From: Candidatus Altimarinota bacterium
Lineage (GTDB): Bacteria; Patescibacteriota; Gracilibacteria; 1-14-2-50-48-13
Assembly: GCA_046314355.1 (NCBI GenBank)
Contig: JBKBWQ010000001.1
Span: 896,001 to 960,000, forward strand
Length of the DNA: 64,000 nucleotides
Reading direction: 5' to 3'
Shown here: positions 1-11,400 of the stretch, piece after piece
Layout: the number at the start of each line of letters is the position of its first letter
Position numbering within the stretch: the stretch's first letter is position 1
Translations under genes and position numbers: made by a program
Notes under the pieces: model-generated
What the model was told of the DNA's origin: nothing
The model's database searches: none
What the model saw: the letters and a program-made list of their open reading frames with translations, nothing else

Positions 1-90
1 TTCAGAGAGTTGTTCTAAAGTGGTAATACCTATTTCAAGCAATACTCTGTTAGCAGGCTTACTCACTTTAGGGATAGGAGTTTGTGACAT
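1..90 (-). CDS. Partial small DNA-binding protein (RpoA-CTD/HhH-like), runs off window start
   Basis: Manual translation MSQTPIPKVSKPANRVLLEIGITTLEQLSE; 4 nt downstream of the SRPBCC operon. Confidence 0.6.
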   Translation of the reverse strand, partial: MSQTPIPKVSKPANRVLLEIGITTLEQLSE

Positions 91-94
91 ATTT

Positions 95-571
95 TTACTG
101 AAGCGATTCGAGTAAAGCATAAAGGCGATCTGATCCTTCTCTGTCTCCTTCCTCCATACCGGAAGCAAGCATTCCTTCAAGATCTTCTCTACTTGCAAAC
201 TGAGAGATATTTGTCATTCGTGTTCCTCCCTCTGCATCTTCCAAATTCATCGTCTCTACAATAATATGACCGGGCATCATCTCAAACTCGAAGGTCTGAA
301 CGACCCTGTCCATTGGTGTAATTTCTTTATACACACCATTGAAGGCATATACATTTCCATCTTTATCACTTTGTACAAAACGCCATTCTCCACCGACTTT
401 GGTATCCATTTTATCTACTACGGTTGTGAGATAGCCAGGTCCCCACCAATTCGGCACATGTTTTGGATCCAACAGCACTTCCCACATAAGCTTCCTGGGA
501 GCATTGAAGACACGTGATGTTACGATCTGGAGATCTTCCTTTTTTACCGTATGCATCATTTCAGATTTCAT
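95..571 (-). CDS. SRPBCC/AHSA1 (START-like) domain protein
   Basis: SRVFNAPRKLMWEVLLDPKHVPNWWGP ... GGEWRF motif. Confidence 0.9.
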   Translation of the reverse strand: MKSEMMHTVKKEDLQIVTSRVFNAPRKLMWEVLLDPKHVPNWWGPGYLTTVVDKMDTKVGGEWRFVQSDKDGNVYAFNGVYKEITPMDRVVQTFEFEMMPGHIIVETMNLEDAEGGTRMTNISQFASREDLEGMLASGMEEGDREGSDRLYALLESLQ

Positions 572-581
572 AGAGTATATA

Positions 582-1067
582 TTAATTAGTTAAACATTTT
601 TCCATTTTATCCAAAGATGAATTCCATCCGCTCTCAGCATCAGATGACATATATGTTGGATGTCCTTCATGTACTAATGTTACTTTTGTCTTTCCATCAG
701 TATCTTCTTCAAAAGTAACGGTCACGAGCATTTTCAAAGGAAAGCCTTTCATGCCGTATTTTTCAGCAGAAATAATGTTTCCCTTCTCATCTGTGAAAGA
801 ATCTTCATAGACGAGTTTCTTTAAAGGATCAATTTCAAGATAGGTTCCGCCGCTATAAGCATCCTGCCCTTCAGGTGATCTCATCGCCATCAGATATTTT
901 CCACCTACTTTCAGATCGATTTCGCAGAAAGGACAGGAGTAAGTCTCAGGTCCCCACCATTTTTTACACTGTTCAGGATCTGTCCAGGCACCCCAGACTT
1001 TTGCGATAGGTGCATTGAAAGTACGCACAATATGCAGTGTCTTTGGAGTAAGATCTAATTCAGTCAT
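582..1067 (-). CDS. SRPBCC/AHSA1 domain protein
   Basis: RTFNAPIAKVWGAWTDPEQCKKWWGP ... GWNSSLDKM. Confidence 0.9.
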   Translation of the reverse strand: MTELDLTPKTLHIVRTFNAPIAKVWGAWTDPEQCKKWWGPETYSCPFCEIDLKVGGKYLMAMRSPEGQDAYSGGTYLEIDPLKKLVYEDSFTDEKGNIISAEKYGMKGFPLKMLVTVTFEEDTDGKTKVTLVHEGHPTYMSSDAESGWNSSLDKMEKCLTN

Positions 1068-1092
1068 AAGAAAAAATTATAAATTAATATGT

Positions 1093-1545
1093 TTACTTCT
1101 TTTCAGCTAGCTTCTTGATTGTAGCAAATGCCTCATCCCATGCAGCGGACATCATATCGTAGTATTGTTCATCCATATCAGAATAGATATTGAGAAGAGT
1201 CACTCCATCTTTTTCTGTAAGCGTATAACTTTCTCTCGCACCAACCATAGATTTAGCTCCCTCGCTCTCTGTATCTATTTTTCCATTAGACAGCATTCCA
1301 AGATAACTAATCTCCATATATTCAAGAGGCTTATTTGTCTTTATCGTACCTGCAAGTCCCATACTTTCATCTCCGCTAGAAAAGACAACTCCTGTACCCT
1401 CTTTCCAGTCATCTGCCACTTCTGCACGAGATCCTTCTGAAAAAGCACCTGCCCATTTTGGGTAATTATTTACATCAAAAAGCACATTCCAGACCGCTTC
1501 TTTAGATGCATTAATTTCAACTGACTTTTGAATAGGTTTAATCAT
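1093..1545 (-). CDS. SRPBCC domain protein
   Basis: KSVEINASKEAVWNVL ... W; start moved to MIKPIQ to avoid overlap with the upstream gene. Confidence 0.85.
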   Translation of the reverse strand: MIKPIQKSVEINASKEAVWNVLFDVNNYPKWAGAFSEGSRAEVADDWKEGTGVVFSSGDESMGLAGTIKTNKPLEYMEISYLGMLSNGKIDTESEGAKSMVGARESYTLTEKDGVTLLNIYSDMDEQYYDMMSAAWDEAFATIKKLAEKK

Positions 1546-1573
1546 GATATTGTAAGATAAGAAATAAGACTGA

Positions 1574-2023
1574 TTATTGTACCATTGTTTCCAGCAAAGT
1601 ACCAAGCCTAGTGATATTCTGCTCATTTGGCTCACTTACATAAGGCTTCATTCGTGCGCATTCCTCCGGAGTTTCAAAGCCCATGACCCACGTCATCTTT
1701 GTTCCCTCATTCACTTCTTCGAAGAGAGCTGTAATAGTAAAGTAATGTGTAGACAAATGTTCAAAAACTATTTTCTCGTTTTCAACAATCTCGATAAATC
1801 TGCTTTCATTTTTGTAATCGATACCAGTTGGACCATGGAGAATAAATTTCCATTCACCTCCGGGTCGAAAATCAAATTCGTGAAAAGTACTAGTGAAACC
1901 GTCTGGTCCCCACCAGCGCGTCAAAAGTGCCGCGTCTGACCAGGCTTTCCAGACAAGTTCCCTTGAACATAGAAATATTCGTGTATGTACAAGTGATTTC
2001 TCCGGATCAAATTTGTAAGTCAT
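1574..2023 (-). CDS. SRPBCC/AHSA1 domain protein
   Basis: RELVWKAWSD ... WWGPDGF ... DFRPGGEW. Confidence 0.9.
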   Translation of the reverse strand: MTYKFDPEKSLVHTRIFLCSRELVWKAWSDAALLTRWWGPDGFTSTFHEFDFRPGGEWKFILHGPTGIDYKNESRFIEIVENEKIVFEHLSTHYFTITALFEEVNEGTKMTWVMGFETPEECARMKPYVSEPNEQNITRLGTLLETMVQ

Positions 2024-2034
2024 AGAATATTGAA

Positions 2035-2499
2035 TTATGAAAGGTTTTGAAGATACTCTACAAGCTTATTCATTGTCTGATTCTGTCCTTCAATCGCACC
2101 AACTTCTTCTATAACTCTCTTTCTTTCCTCTGCAGTCTGAAAGACCATAGACATAGTCAGGAGAGTTTTTTCTCCCTGTTTTTCAAAGGTAACTGTAACA
2201 TTAAATTTATGAGTATCCTTTGGATCATCAGAACTATGATAATACTCTAGAAGCTCTGGTTCCTTCACTTTAGTATAACGAACTACATTCGGCCAATCAA
2301 CACCGTCAGGTCCATGCATGATAAATCTCCAGCTGCCTCCTTCTTTCACTTCCATACTTTCAATAGTATTTGTGAAGCCATTTGGTCCCCACCACAGAGC
2401 AATATGCTTTGGATCTGTCCAAACTTCCCACACCAATTCTCTTGGTGCATTCAGTAGTCGTGATGATTCAATTGTTCTATTTTCAATATCAGTAGTCAT
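2035..2499 (-). CDS. SRPBCC/AHSA1 domain protein
   Basis: SRLLNAPRELVWEVWTDPKHIALWWGPNGF. Confidence 0.9.
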   Translation of the reverse strand: MTTDIENRTIESSRLLNAPRELVWEVWTDPKHIALWWGPNGFTNTIESMEVKEGGSWRFIMHGPDGVDWPNVVRYTKVKEPELLEYYHSSDDPKDTHKFNVTVTFEKQGEKTLLTMSMVFQTAEERKRVIEEVGAIEGQNQTMNKLVEYLQNLS

Positions 2500-2536
2500 A
2501 GGTTTTAGTAAAAAATAATAATAGTGAGTCTGGTGC

Positions 2537-2665
2537 GTTATCCTGAGTGACAGAAGGGAGTCGAAGGATCTGTCTTTAGCACCTACTTTGAGCTATTTCC
2601 GAATACAGATCCTTCGATGGAGTTTATCCTGATGACAATCAGGACTACGCTTCACTCAGGATGAC
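2537..2665. repeat. REP-like palindromic intergenic element with an internal 27-nt insertion
   Basis: Outer arms GTTATCCTGAGTGA / TCACTCAGGATGAC; inner arms TCGAAGGATCTGT / ACAGATCCTTCGA. Confidence 0.75.
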
Positions 2666-2672
2666 GTGTCAC

Positions 2673-3176
2673 TTACGCCTCCTCCCCAGCCAACAAAGCA
2701 TCGAGCTTATCAAATGTTCCCTTAAATCCTCCATTCATAGACTCAAACATTCCTTCATAGAAAGCCTGCCCTTCAGGAGTCGCATCAACAGGTCCGCCTG
2801 TAAGAGTAAGTGTTGTCTTTCCATCATGCTCTTCAAACTTAAAAACATTTTTTATTCTCAAGGGAAATACATCGCTAAAAGCAGGCTGAGTCACATTCCC
2901 TTCCGGATCTGAAAAAGAGCTTACAAATATAATTGTGTCAGGTTCTTTGATATCTTCATATACAAAAAGTCCCCACATAACATTAGCCCCAGCAGTCATG
3001 GAGTAATGAAATCTACCACCTGGACGAAAATCAAATTCTTTCGCTTCCAGGTCAAACCCCTTCGGTCCCCACCATTTTGCAAACTGCTCTTTTTCAGACC
3101 ATGCTTTCCAAACCACATCGCGAGGCGCATTTAAGGTCCGTGTAATTACTAATTTCTTAGGAGTGTTTTCCATCAT
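2673..3176 (-). CDS. SRPBCC/AHSA1 domain protein
   Basis: TRTLNAPRDVVWKAWSE ... WWGPKGF; start at MMENTP overlapping the ArsR stop. Confidence 0.9.
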   Translation of the reverse strand: MMENTPKKLVITRTLNAPRDVVWKAWSEKEQFAKWWGPKGFDLEAKEFDFRPGGRFHYSMTAGANVMWGLFVYEDIKEPDTIIFVSSFSDPEGNVTQPAFSDVFPLRIKNVFKFEEHDGKTTLTLTGGPVDATPEGQAFYEGMFESMNGGFKGTFDKLDALLAGEEA

Positions 3177-3504
3177 TTTTTTGAATAGAAGATAAATAAT
3201 TTTCAAGTGAATCAAGTCTTTCCTCCCACATCTCTTTGTATTTCTCCAGATACTCGGAGGCTTCCGAAAGAGCTGCAGGTGATAGCTGCACATATTGTTC
3301 CTTTCCACTTCGGCGTTTGAGAATAAGCTTCGCTTTCTCCAATATTTTAAGATGTTTGGAGATGGCAGCGAGACTCATAGAGTACGGCTTCGCGATTTCG
3401 CTCACCGTCAGCTCTTCCTTTGCCACACGTGTGAGAATGTCACGACGGGTTGGATCCGCAAGAGAACCGAAAATAGAATCTAAACTGAGTGTATATTCAA
3501 CCAT
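3157..3504 (-). CDS. ArsR/SmtB family transcriptional regulator
   Basis: LADPTRRDIL ... SLAAISKHLKILEKAKL wHTH; heads the SRPBCC operon. Confidence 0.92.
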   Translation of the reverse strand: MVEYTLSLDSIFGSLADPTRRDILTRVAKEELTVSEIAKPYSMSLAAISKHLKILEKAKLILKRRSGKEQYVQLSPAALSEASEYLEKYKEMWEERLDSLENYLSSIQKNDGKHS

Positions 3505-3541
3505 ATGGTTAAATGATAGATGATGAATATGGATTCGTCAA
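3496..3541 (-). promoter_or_regulatory. Promoter (TTGACG-17-TATCAT) with palindromic operator over the ArsR start codon; near-leaderless
   Basis: AACCATATGGTT palindrome at 3499-3510; -10 at 3513-3518, -35 at 3536-3541. Confidence 0.65.
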
Positions 3542-3607
3542 ATGTTTCTCCTAAATTTTTAAGAAACGAAGCTCTCACTAGCTAACAGTAACCCCGGAAC
3601 AATCCCG

Positions 3608-3862
3608 TTATTGCTGATGGTCACTGATATAAAAGACTATCAAATTCTCTTCTTCAACATAAGAATAGCAGCGATACTTTTGAGAGATTCTAAACTGATA
3701 AATCTTCTTTGATTTAGGCTCTCTTATTTTAAAATCAACACTACCAAAATGACCTCCTAGTATATATGCCTTAGCTTTTTTGTACCTATCTACAAGACTC
3801 CTCTCTTTTAGATATTCTCCAACTTCAACACTTTCCAGGATATTGTGAATAACTAAACTCAT
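3608..3862 (-). CDS. Putative RelE/ParE-superfamily toxin
   Basis: 84 aa, IYQFRISQKYR ... VFYISDHQ; downstream of a Phd-like gene. Confidence 0.65.
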   Translation of the reverse strand: MSLVIHNILESVEVGEYLKERSLVDRYKKAKAYILGGHFGSVDFKIREPKSKKIYQFRISQKYRCYSYVEEENLIVFYISDHQQ

Positions 3863-3869
3863 AAAAGTA

Positions 3870-4130
3870 TTATAGATTGAGCAACTTTGATTGTGGAAGT
3901 TTACTGGTCTTTTCATATGCCTTTTTCGCTTCCTCAGGTAAGTTAGAGAATGTAACCTGTTCTAAGAGTACAGGCGCTTCCAGCTGTTCAAAATAATCTA
4001 CATCTACAAGTACAGCCACAGGCTTATTGTTGCTTAAGATAAACTTATACCCTATTTCTTTCAGACCTTTTAGCGACTTTTTTGTATCCATGCGAAGAGT
4101 AGTAACGGAGAGAAATTTATCCTGAAGCAT
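3870..4130 (-). CDS. Phd/YefM family antitoxin
   Basis: SVTTLR ... FILSNNKPVAVLVDVDYFEQL. Confidence 0.75.
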   Translation of the reverse strand: MLQDKFLSVTTLRMDTKKSLKGLKEIGYKFILSNNKPVAVLVDVDYFEQLEAPVLLEQVTFSNLPEEAKKAYEKTSKLPQSKLLNL

Positions 4131-4149
4131 ACGTACATTTATAACAAAT

Positions 4150-4188
4150 TAGTATCTAAATTATATACTAAATTTATATCTACATCAA
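4150..4188 (-). promoter_or_regulatory. TA promoter TTGATG-17-TATAAT with TAGTAT/ATACTA inverted repeat
   Basis: Seen in sequence upstream of the antitoxin. Confidence 0.55.
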
Positions 4189-4423
4189 GAATCTACTTTA
4201 GTATGAAAGAAAATTAAAGAAATACAATAAAAGTAGAGATGCTTGTGTTGTAGTTCTTTATAAACAGATGCTTTTCATGTTTCTCTTGGTGAGAAAGTAA
4301 AGAATATAAAATAAACTGTCTAATATGTATTTTTTGATACTCAAATAAATTACTTATATATACTATTTGAACTATTTCAAAAATAGACGTATATTTATAG
4401 ATCATCCTCTAACCACAACAATT

Positions 4424-4915
4424 ATGGAAAGATCTGAGGCAGTAAAAACTCTCGCAGAAAAAATAAAAGGAATAAATACGGTTATGTATGCAACCATAGC
4501 AAAAGAACAATACATCCATGCACGTCCTATGGCAGTTCAACAAATGGAATTCGACGGAGACTTCTGGTTTATGACCTCAGAGGAAAGTACAAAGATTCAT
4601 GAAATAGAAAAAGATTCTCACGTAAATCTTACCTTCGTGGATCATGGAAAAAGTACTTATGTCTCAGTTTCAGGAAAAGCTATGATCATAAAAGATCAGC
4701 AGAAAATAGATGAACTCTGGAATGATTTTTATAAAGCCTGGTTTCCAAAAGGAAAAGAAGATCCATCAATCAGGCTTATAAAAGTACAGGTAGATAGTGC
4801 AGAATATTGGGATGTGCCTGGAGGTAAGATGGCAATGATTACAGGATTTATAAAAAGCTTAGTTACCGGAAAACCTGCGGATGATATTGGGGAAAATGAG
4901 GAGTTGAAACTATAA
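4424..4915 (+). CDS. General stress protein, pyridoxamine 5'-phosphate oxidase-like (FMN split barrel)
   Basis: HARPM ... WF ... YVSVSGKA ... AEYWD. Confidence 0.85.
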   Translation: MERSEAVKTLAEKIKGINTVMYATIAKEQYIHARPMAVQQMEFDGDFWFMTSEESTKIHEIEKDSHVNLTFVDHGKSTYVSVSGKAMIIKDQQKIDELWNDFYKAWFPKGKEDPSIRLIKVQVDSAEYWDVPGGKMAMITGFIKSLVTGKPADDIGENEELKL

Positions 4916-4918
4916 CAA

Positions 4919-4954
4919 AAAAAGACTTCTTACATCTATGTGAGAAGTCTTTTT
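4919..4954. terminator. Bidirectional intrinsic terminator
   Basis: AAAAAGACTTCTTACA ... TGTGAGAAGTCTTTTT between convergent genes. Confidence 0.75.
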
Positions 4955-4958
4955 GAAC

Positions 4959-5444
4959 TTACATCATACTCGACGCCTCAATTTCATTGAGTTTGAGTCT
5001 GTAAAAACCTATCATCGCAAGTATCATAATCTCCTGAGAAATTTTTTCTTCTGAGATTACATGCGCTGCAGGCTTCCCTTTTCTCCAGCTCCATAGTGCC
5101 TGGATAGTCATGAGAATGTTTTCCGTAGCTTCATCTTTCCATAGTAATCTTGGATTCCAGAATCCTGCACACTGAAGCGTATACTTTTTTTCATTATATT
5201 CAAACGTATAAATAGGATTCCAGAAACCTGATTTTTTGAGTTCAACTATAGTACCCTTAGGATCTGTCACAATAATCTTTTGCGTATCCCACCCTTGGTA
5301 AGAAAATTTCCATACATCCTCTCCCAACTGAGCTTCTGTATCTTTATAGCTCCATTTATTTTTAAACGTAAATGTACCAATCATACTGAAATCATTTCGC
5401 AGTTCATACTGATTGGCACTAGTGCGGAAAAAGGTAATGTTCAT
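4959..5444 (-). CDS. Hypothetical protein (beta-rich)
   Basis: 161-aa ORF with repeated GFWNP motif. Confidence 0.7.
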   Translation of the reverse strand: MNITFFRTSANQYELRNDFSMIGTFTFKNKWSYKDTEAQLGEDVWKFSYQGWDTQKIIVTDPKGTIVELKKSGFWNPIYTFEYNEKKYTLQCAGFWNPRLLWKDEATENILMTIQALWSWRKGKPAAHVISEEKISQEIMILAMIGFYRLKLNEIEASSMM

Positions 5445-5487
5445 AGGTAAACTATAGCAGATCTTTCCATGCTATAAAAGAGACTTC

Positions 5488-8400
5488 TTACCGCTTGATA
5501 AACTCATCAAGCTTAGTCCTCAGATTATCCAGTATAATTCCCTGAATCTTCACGCGTCGTGCTTCCATATCAGCTGCGATCTGCTTTTCAGAATCACTGG
5601 CATTTGCAGAAAGTGCATGTATATAGATCCCTGCAATTTGAGCCATTATGAAGAGCTTGTGGTCAGTGAGTCCTCCCCCGAATCCATCTCCATTGAGATC
5701 GCCAGCTGCATCAAAATAGTATGGATCAATCACTATTGTCTCAACAATTTTTGAAGGCTGAATAGAAGTATTTGTTGTGACCGGTTCAATAATAAGTGTG
5801 TATGTTCCAAGCGGGAGCTTATTCTGAGTATTGTTGGTAGCAGCCTTTATGATATCTTCCCAGGTTACAGTGGATGTCTTTGGAAGAGTAGCAGAATAAT
5901 TAATTCCATTATCGCCTGTTATAGACGCTTGTACCTGAGTCACTGTTGGGTCATTTTGCCAAGGGATCGAGATCTCTTTTATAAGAGGATTTTGATTGAT
6001 CAGTGCCGCAGAATCTGCGTTTGGATCCTGAAGTATGGTAAAGGTCTCCGTATACGTATTTCCTGCAAAATCCTTAATGTACACCGTTAGTATGTTCAGA
6101 TGGTTTTGCGTCAAAGTAATATTTGTTTTTTGAAACTCATACTGCTTTGACTGATTTGGAACCTGAGTCATAGGCAATGATGAGACCACAGCCATACTTC
6201 CATTTTTAATAGTGACTACAGGTGCATATCCCCACTCGTCTTGGGCATTGATTGTTAAAGCTGCCAGACTTTTATTGGTAATATATTGTCCGTTTGAAGA
6301 TTTTTTGAGCAGAATTTCTGGAAGCGCGGCAAATACTCCATTTGTACCTTCATATATACCAATCATAGATTTACCTGACGTACTATTGGAAGGAAGCACT
6401 GTATCTTTCACGATAAGGTATGCCTTAGAAACAGTATTGCCTGTAGCATCAACTACTGCAATATTATAGGCTATTCTACCATTGGAGTCAGGGAGCGTAA
6501 TAGAAAGTGTCTGCGGTCCTGCAGGAATAGAAGTAAACATTGCAGATTCCGTACCGTTGACCATGACCTTCAGCGGAAAACTCTGCTCATTATAGGTATT
6601 GAAAGCAAAATGGTACTTTAATATAGGAGCATTCGTATAATATTCCTGAGTCTGAGCATCTTGAACGATAGTCTTCGAAGAATCAGCTGCAGAAAGCCCC
6701 AAAGTACCTTCCACAAGCGAAGGATAAATAAGGTCCTCAGTCACGGTAATCGTATTATTATATACTACGTCAGTATTATTTACAGTTACGGTAGCTTTTA
6801 CTGTATAAGTACCCTTTGGAGGCTGCGTGAGAGTAAGTGTCCCAGTAGTACCTGTAATAGTTTGCGGTAAAACCGTATAAGGCATAGGGAGTCCAGTTGG
6901 AGAAGTAACTTCCAATTTCACGCGTGCTGCAGCATTCGCTGGAGAGAGAGTATAAACAAGCGGCACAAGACCATTTACATCGGGAGATCCCTTTGTAAGG
7001 TTGAAGCCGTCTGCAATAGAAATATCCGACAAGCCAGGATTGATCATATCACTCACTGCAAAAACGAATGGTGAAGTTTTTCCTGTGAGACTAATATTAT
7101 TTAATGTAATAGTCCTTGAATTTGCCGTAGGAATAGTAGTCTCTTTTAACGCTTCAGTACCATCAAGCGTAATTCTCACAGGAGAAATATCGTTTACTGT
7201 AAAACTGAGTGTAAGATTCTGTTTATTATTGTTGAATGTATATTGTACATTTGATACTACGGGTGACTTTGTATCGATACGGGTCGGAATTGAAGCGACT
7301 GTAAATTCATTCCCAACGAGATCAGCAAATGTGAGAGATAAGGTTGTACTTGATCCTTCAGGAAAGCCTGGCAGCTGCGTAGAGTCTAGACGCCAATTAC
7401 CTGTCACAGTTCGATTTTCATTTTTGAAAAGCTGATTATCCAGAACGAGAGTAGCTTCTTTTCCGCTAGCATACTTTACCAGTACTCTATTTGAAATACC
7501 CGTATTATCACTGACTGCAAGAGATAAGGTAAGATCGTTCGATGCAGTAAGACCGGCAGGAAGTACCTGAGATACTGCTGTAGATGCGGTTGAAATTTTT
7601 CCTGGTGCAGAGGCATCATGCCAAATATTGATAGTCTGAGGGACACTCTCGTTTCCTGCTGCATCAATAAGAACAAAAGTAATTTTCCCTTCATAACTTC
7701 CTGATACAGTAAGTATGTCACTTACAGGTCCCGTACTTGAGTAGTCCTTTGCAAGGAGCATCTCCGCAGGTGTAACATAACTAAGTGGTCTCGGATCACC
7801 CGTGTATGCTCTAAAAGCAACCGTGCTGTCAGACGTACCGGAGCTACTGCCGATAGTAAAGGATACCGGCATACTTTGAGTTTTAGAGATTACCCAGTCT
7901 TTTCCATCAAGAGATTTTGTCGGAAGCCCAGGGAAAAGAATATTTCCTGAGAAAGATGGAGGTGTAACGTCAAAGGCAATATTAGTAAGCGTCTGAGCCG
8001 TATTGACATTACCGAGGATATCAATGGCTGTTGCTTTCGCACCATACACAAAAGTCGTACCATCTGCATGCTTCTTTGCAATATCAAAAATCACAAGTGT
8101 CGTTGGCCATTTGCCTGAAGCATCGGGTTTGATAATAATTTTTTTATTATCCGCCGGATCTAAAGTAATCTGCGAAGAACCGAAGAACTTTCCATTTACA
8201 TTAAGAGCAACGGAGCCCTCAAGAAGTTGGAATTCTATATGATCAATGGCAATAGTTCCGTCTCCAGCAGTAGCAGCATCTAGTACTTTTGGAAGCTGAA
8301 ATGTCAGTTTATTATTCGGGTTTGGCAGATCAGTTACCGAAACTGTCATTGTATCAGTAAAAAGTGGAGTATTCGGGTCTGAAGTATCCAGGATGATACC

Positions 8401-11400
8401 TGCAGCTTTCACGGCAGAGCAGTTTCCTGCGGCATCACAGAGTTGAGCATAAATGGTTTTTGGACCATCACCTGAAAGAAGAGTCCATGTAAGATTCTCA
8501 TTACAAGACGTAGCCACAGGAGTAAGTGAAGCAGCTGTATTCCCTATTTTACATGAAGCAATATCGATATCTGGCGTTGTTATTTTTACTATCACATCTC
8601 TCGTCGCAGTAGATGTGGCACCATTATTTATACTTACCGTATTTATCACTGGAGCTGCAGTATCAATATTTATTGTATAGACCTGTCCGACGTTTGCACT
8701 AGAAAGTCCTGAAGCATCTACTGCCCGTGCACAAATCTTAGTTGGTTTATCAAAGACCGGGAGCGTAAGAGTATTGGATACGCTAGTTGCAGTATATGAA
8801 GATGTAGCTGTACAAACTGGATCAGGGCTAGAAGCAAGCACGTAGGTAGCTTGTACTCTACATCCTGGATTACTATCAGTACATGTAAGCACTGTAGTGA
8901 CAGGAGTATTTCTCCAAGCCGCCGTGGGTGCACCTGCTGTTCCATTTAATGCCCAGGTAAGTACTGGAGCAGTATTATCCACTACAATCTGTGCAGTTTT
9001 GACCACAGGGTTCCCTGCTCGATCCATATGAGTTATACTCAGATTATTTAATCCTGACTGAAGCGGTACAGTTACGGTACTACCTAGAAAGCTGACAGGT
9101 GTTCCGCTATTTATGATATAGCTGCTTCCATTTGCGTATTCTCCAGAGCCCCCTGTATCTGTGAAGGTGGATTTGACAGTTACTGAACTTGAAGAAGTCG
9201 TTGGTTTACCATTGATGAGCGGCAGTTCCTTTGCTGGTTCTTCTATTCCTATCTGTGAAGTGAGAGTTGAGTTGAGCGTGAAGAGATCTATGGTAGGAGC
9301 AGTAGTATCTAGTATGACCGAAAGTGCATTTGATGTAGCTACAGTGGCACCTGTTGAAGGTTTGAAAAGAGCAGCAGAAAGAGTATACGTACCTTGAGTT
9401 GTTAGTCCCAATGATGCAAGAAATCCGTTTGCACCTGGATTACTGAAAGTACTGCCGGCAACACCTCCCACGAATGCCCTTATAGAGTATGCGCTGAAAT
9501 TTGTAGTACCGTACTGCATCTTAAGGTTGGTATCATTAGAGTACCATTGTCCTCCAATCTCATTTACTGTTTTACCAGCTGTATTTGCTGCAAAGCCCAT
9601 GACTGTAATCGTTGGCTGATTATTAACCGTAAGTGTGACACCATCACTTACGACGGATCCCACAGAATTTATAACTGTACAGGTATATGTATACGCTCCA
9701 TCTGCCAATGTAGTTACCGGAATAGTATAGCCTGCAGCAGTAGCTCCAGGTATATCTACACCATTTCTTTTCCATTGGTACGTAGCGGCAGTTGGACTAG
9801 TAGCCGAGATACTAAATGTAGCACTCTCACCTACAATAACTGTAGCGTTTGCCGGCTGCGCACTAATAGTAGGAAGTGAGTTATCAACGGTAAAAATAAC
9901 AGAACTCGAAGTAGTAGTAAGACCTAAGCCGTCAGTGGCGATAGCTGATACTGTATGCGTACCTTTAGTCGCAGTGGATGCATTCCATACCATTTGGTAC
10001 GGACTTACTGTATCCGGTACACCAATATTTGCTCCATCAACCAGAAACTGTACTCCCGCAACTCCTGCATTATTATCAGTAGCAAGTGCGGAAATAGTTA
10101 CTGCAGGTCCACCAACTGTAGCAAGTGCTGCAGGAGAAATCATGGAAACTACCGGCGACGTAGGATCATACTCAATAGTGATATATGCCTTTGAAGCGTT
10201 ACCTGCGATATCTTCTCCAGTAAGTTCAAATTCATTACTGCCAAGGCTTAGATTATTTACTGGAGTAAAGCTTGTCAGAGTAGTGTGAGCAGTACCTCCA
10301 GGTTCTTTGACCATTACTTTTGAAGTATTGAGACCAGAACCGTTTGTTTCTTCAGTTAACGCAAACTGCAGCTGCGGCTTCGGATCATTTGTATATAATT
10401 TTGCATTATATGTTTTAAATAGTTTTCCTGCTGCCACACTTCCGATCCCCTGAGCTGAATACACAGGAGCTTTTGTATCTATCTGTACTGTAATCGTATT
10501 ACTCGTAGCAAGTACCTCTCCAAGGACATTCACAACTTTTAATGTAAGCGCATGAGTACCATCACTTAAGGCAGTGTATCCTCCGAGTGTACCACTGCTT
10601 CCAGGAGCAGCAAAGGTCTTGACCAAAGTAGTACCGTCAAAGAGCTGAATAGAATTTGTACCAGCTTTTTGAGTTGAAAATTGTATAGTGGGCTTATTAT
10701 CATTACTTAAATACTGGCTTCCAGTATTTACTACTTTCTTTCCGGAAGTTCCAGCACCGAGACCAATACTTGTAATTGTTGGTGCGATATTGATCGTACG
10801 AGGTGTACCATATCCTCCCCATGTTTTTCCAGTACCAAATTCTACTTTTCCTGAAATTACTTCCAGAGATAGATCATCAACAACAATTTCATCTGACCAG
10901 GCTCCCTCATTCCCGACAGATACAGCTATCTGACCAACAGTTGATCTTGGATCATCTGCTTTTGTAAGAGTACCTTCTACTTCTACCAGCTTCCATCCAT
11001 CAGCTTTAGAAAGGGTCACTCTTGTGCCGAAATCCTCATGTGCAGGATCTCCAGCAGGCACAGGATGAGGATTGAATCCAAATCCCAAGTAAAAAGAAGT
11101 TGGAGTATCACTATTATTTCTTGCCCATACACTTGCTTTATAAACATTTCCTCTTTGAAGATTTTTTACATTACCTAGTACCGTTTCTGTATATTTATTC
11201 AAAAGATCAGGAAGTCTCACTCCATAGCTGCCGCTATTTCCTGGACGTGCCTGCAATATTGCTCTTTCAGCAGCAGTTTCTCCATAACGGTACATATAGT
11301 TTGCCGGCTGACCACCCGCCCACATCGTATACGTGGTTGGATAAGCACTTGACCATTGTGGTAAGTAGTTACCAAGCCATTGTTCAAAGTCGGAATTCCA

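Noticed and set aside
4214-4405. 63-aa ORF
   Set aside because: AT-rich promoter region between divergent genes; no motif support.
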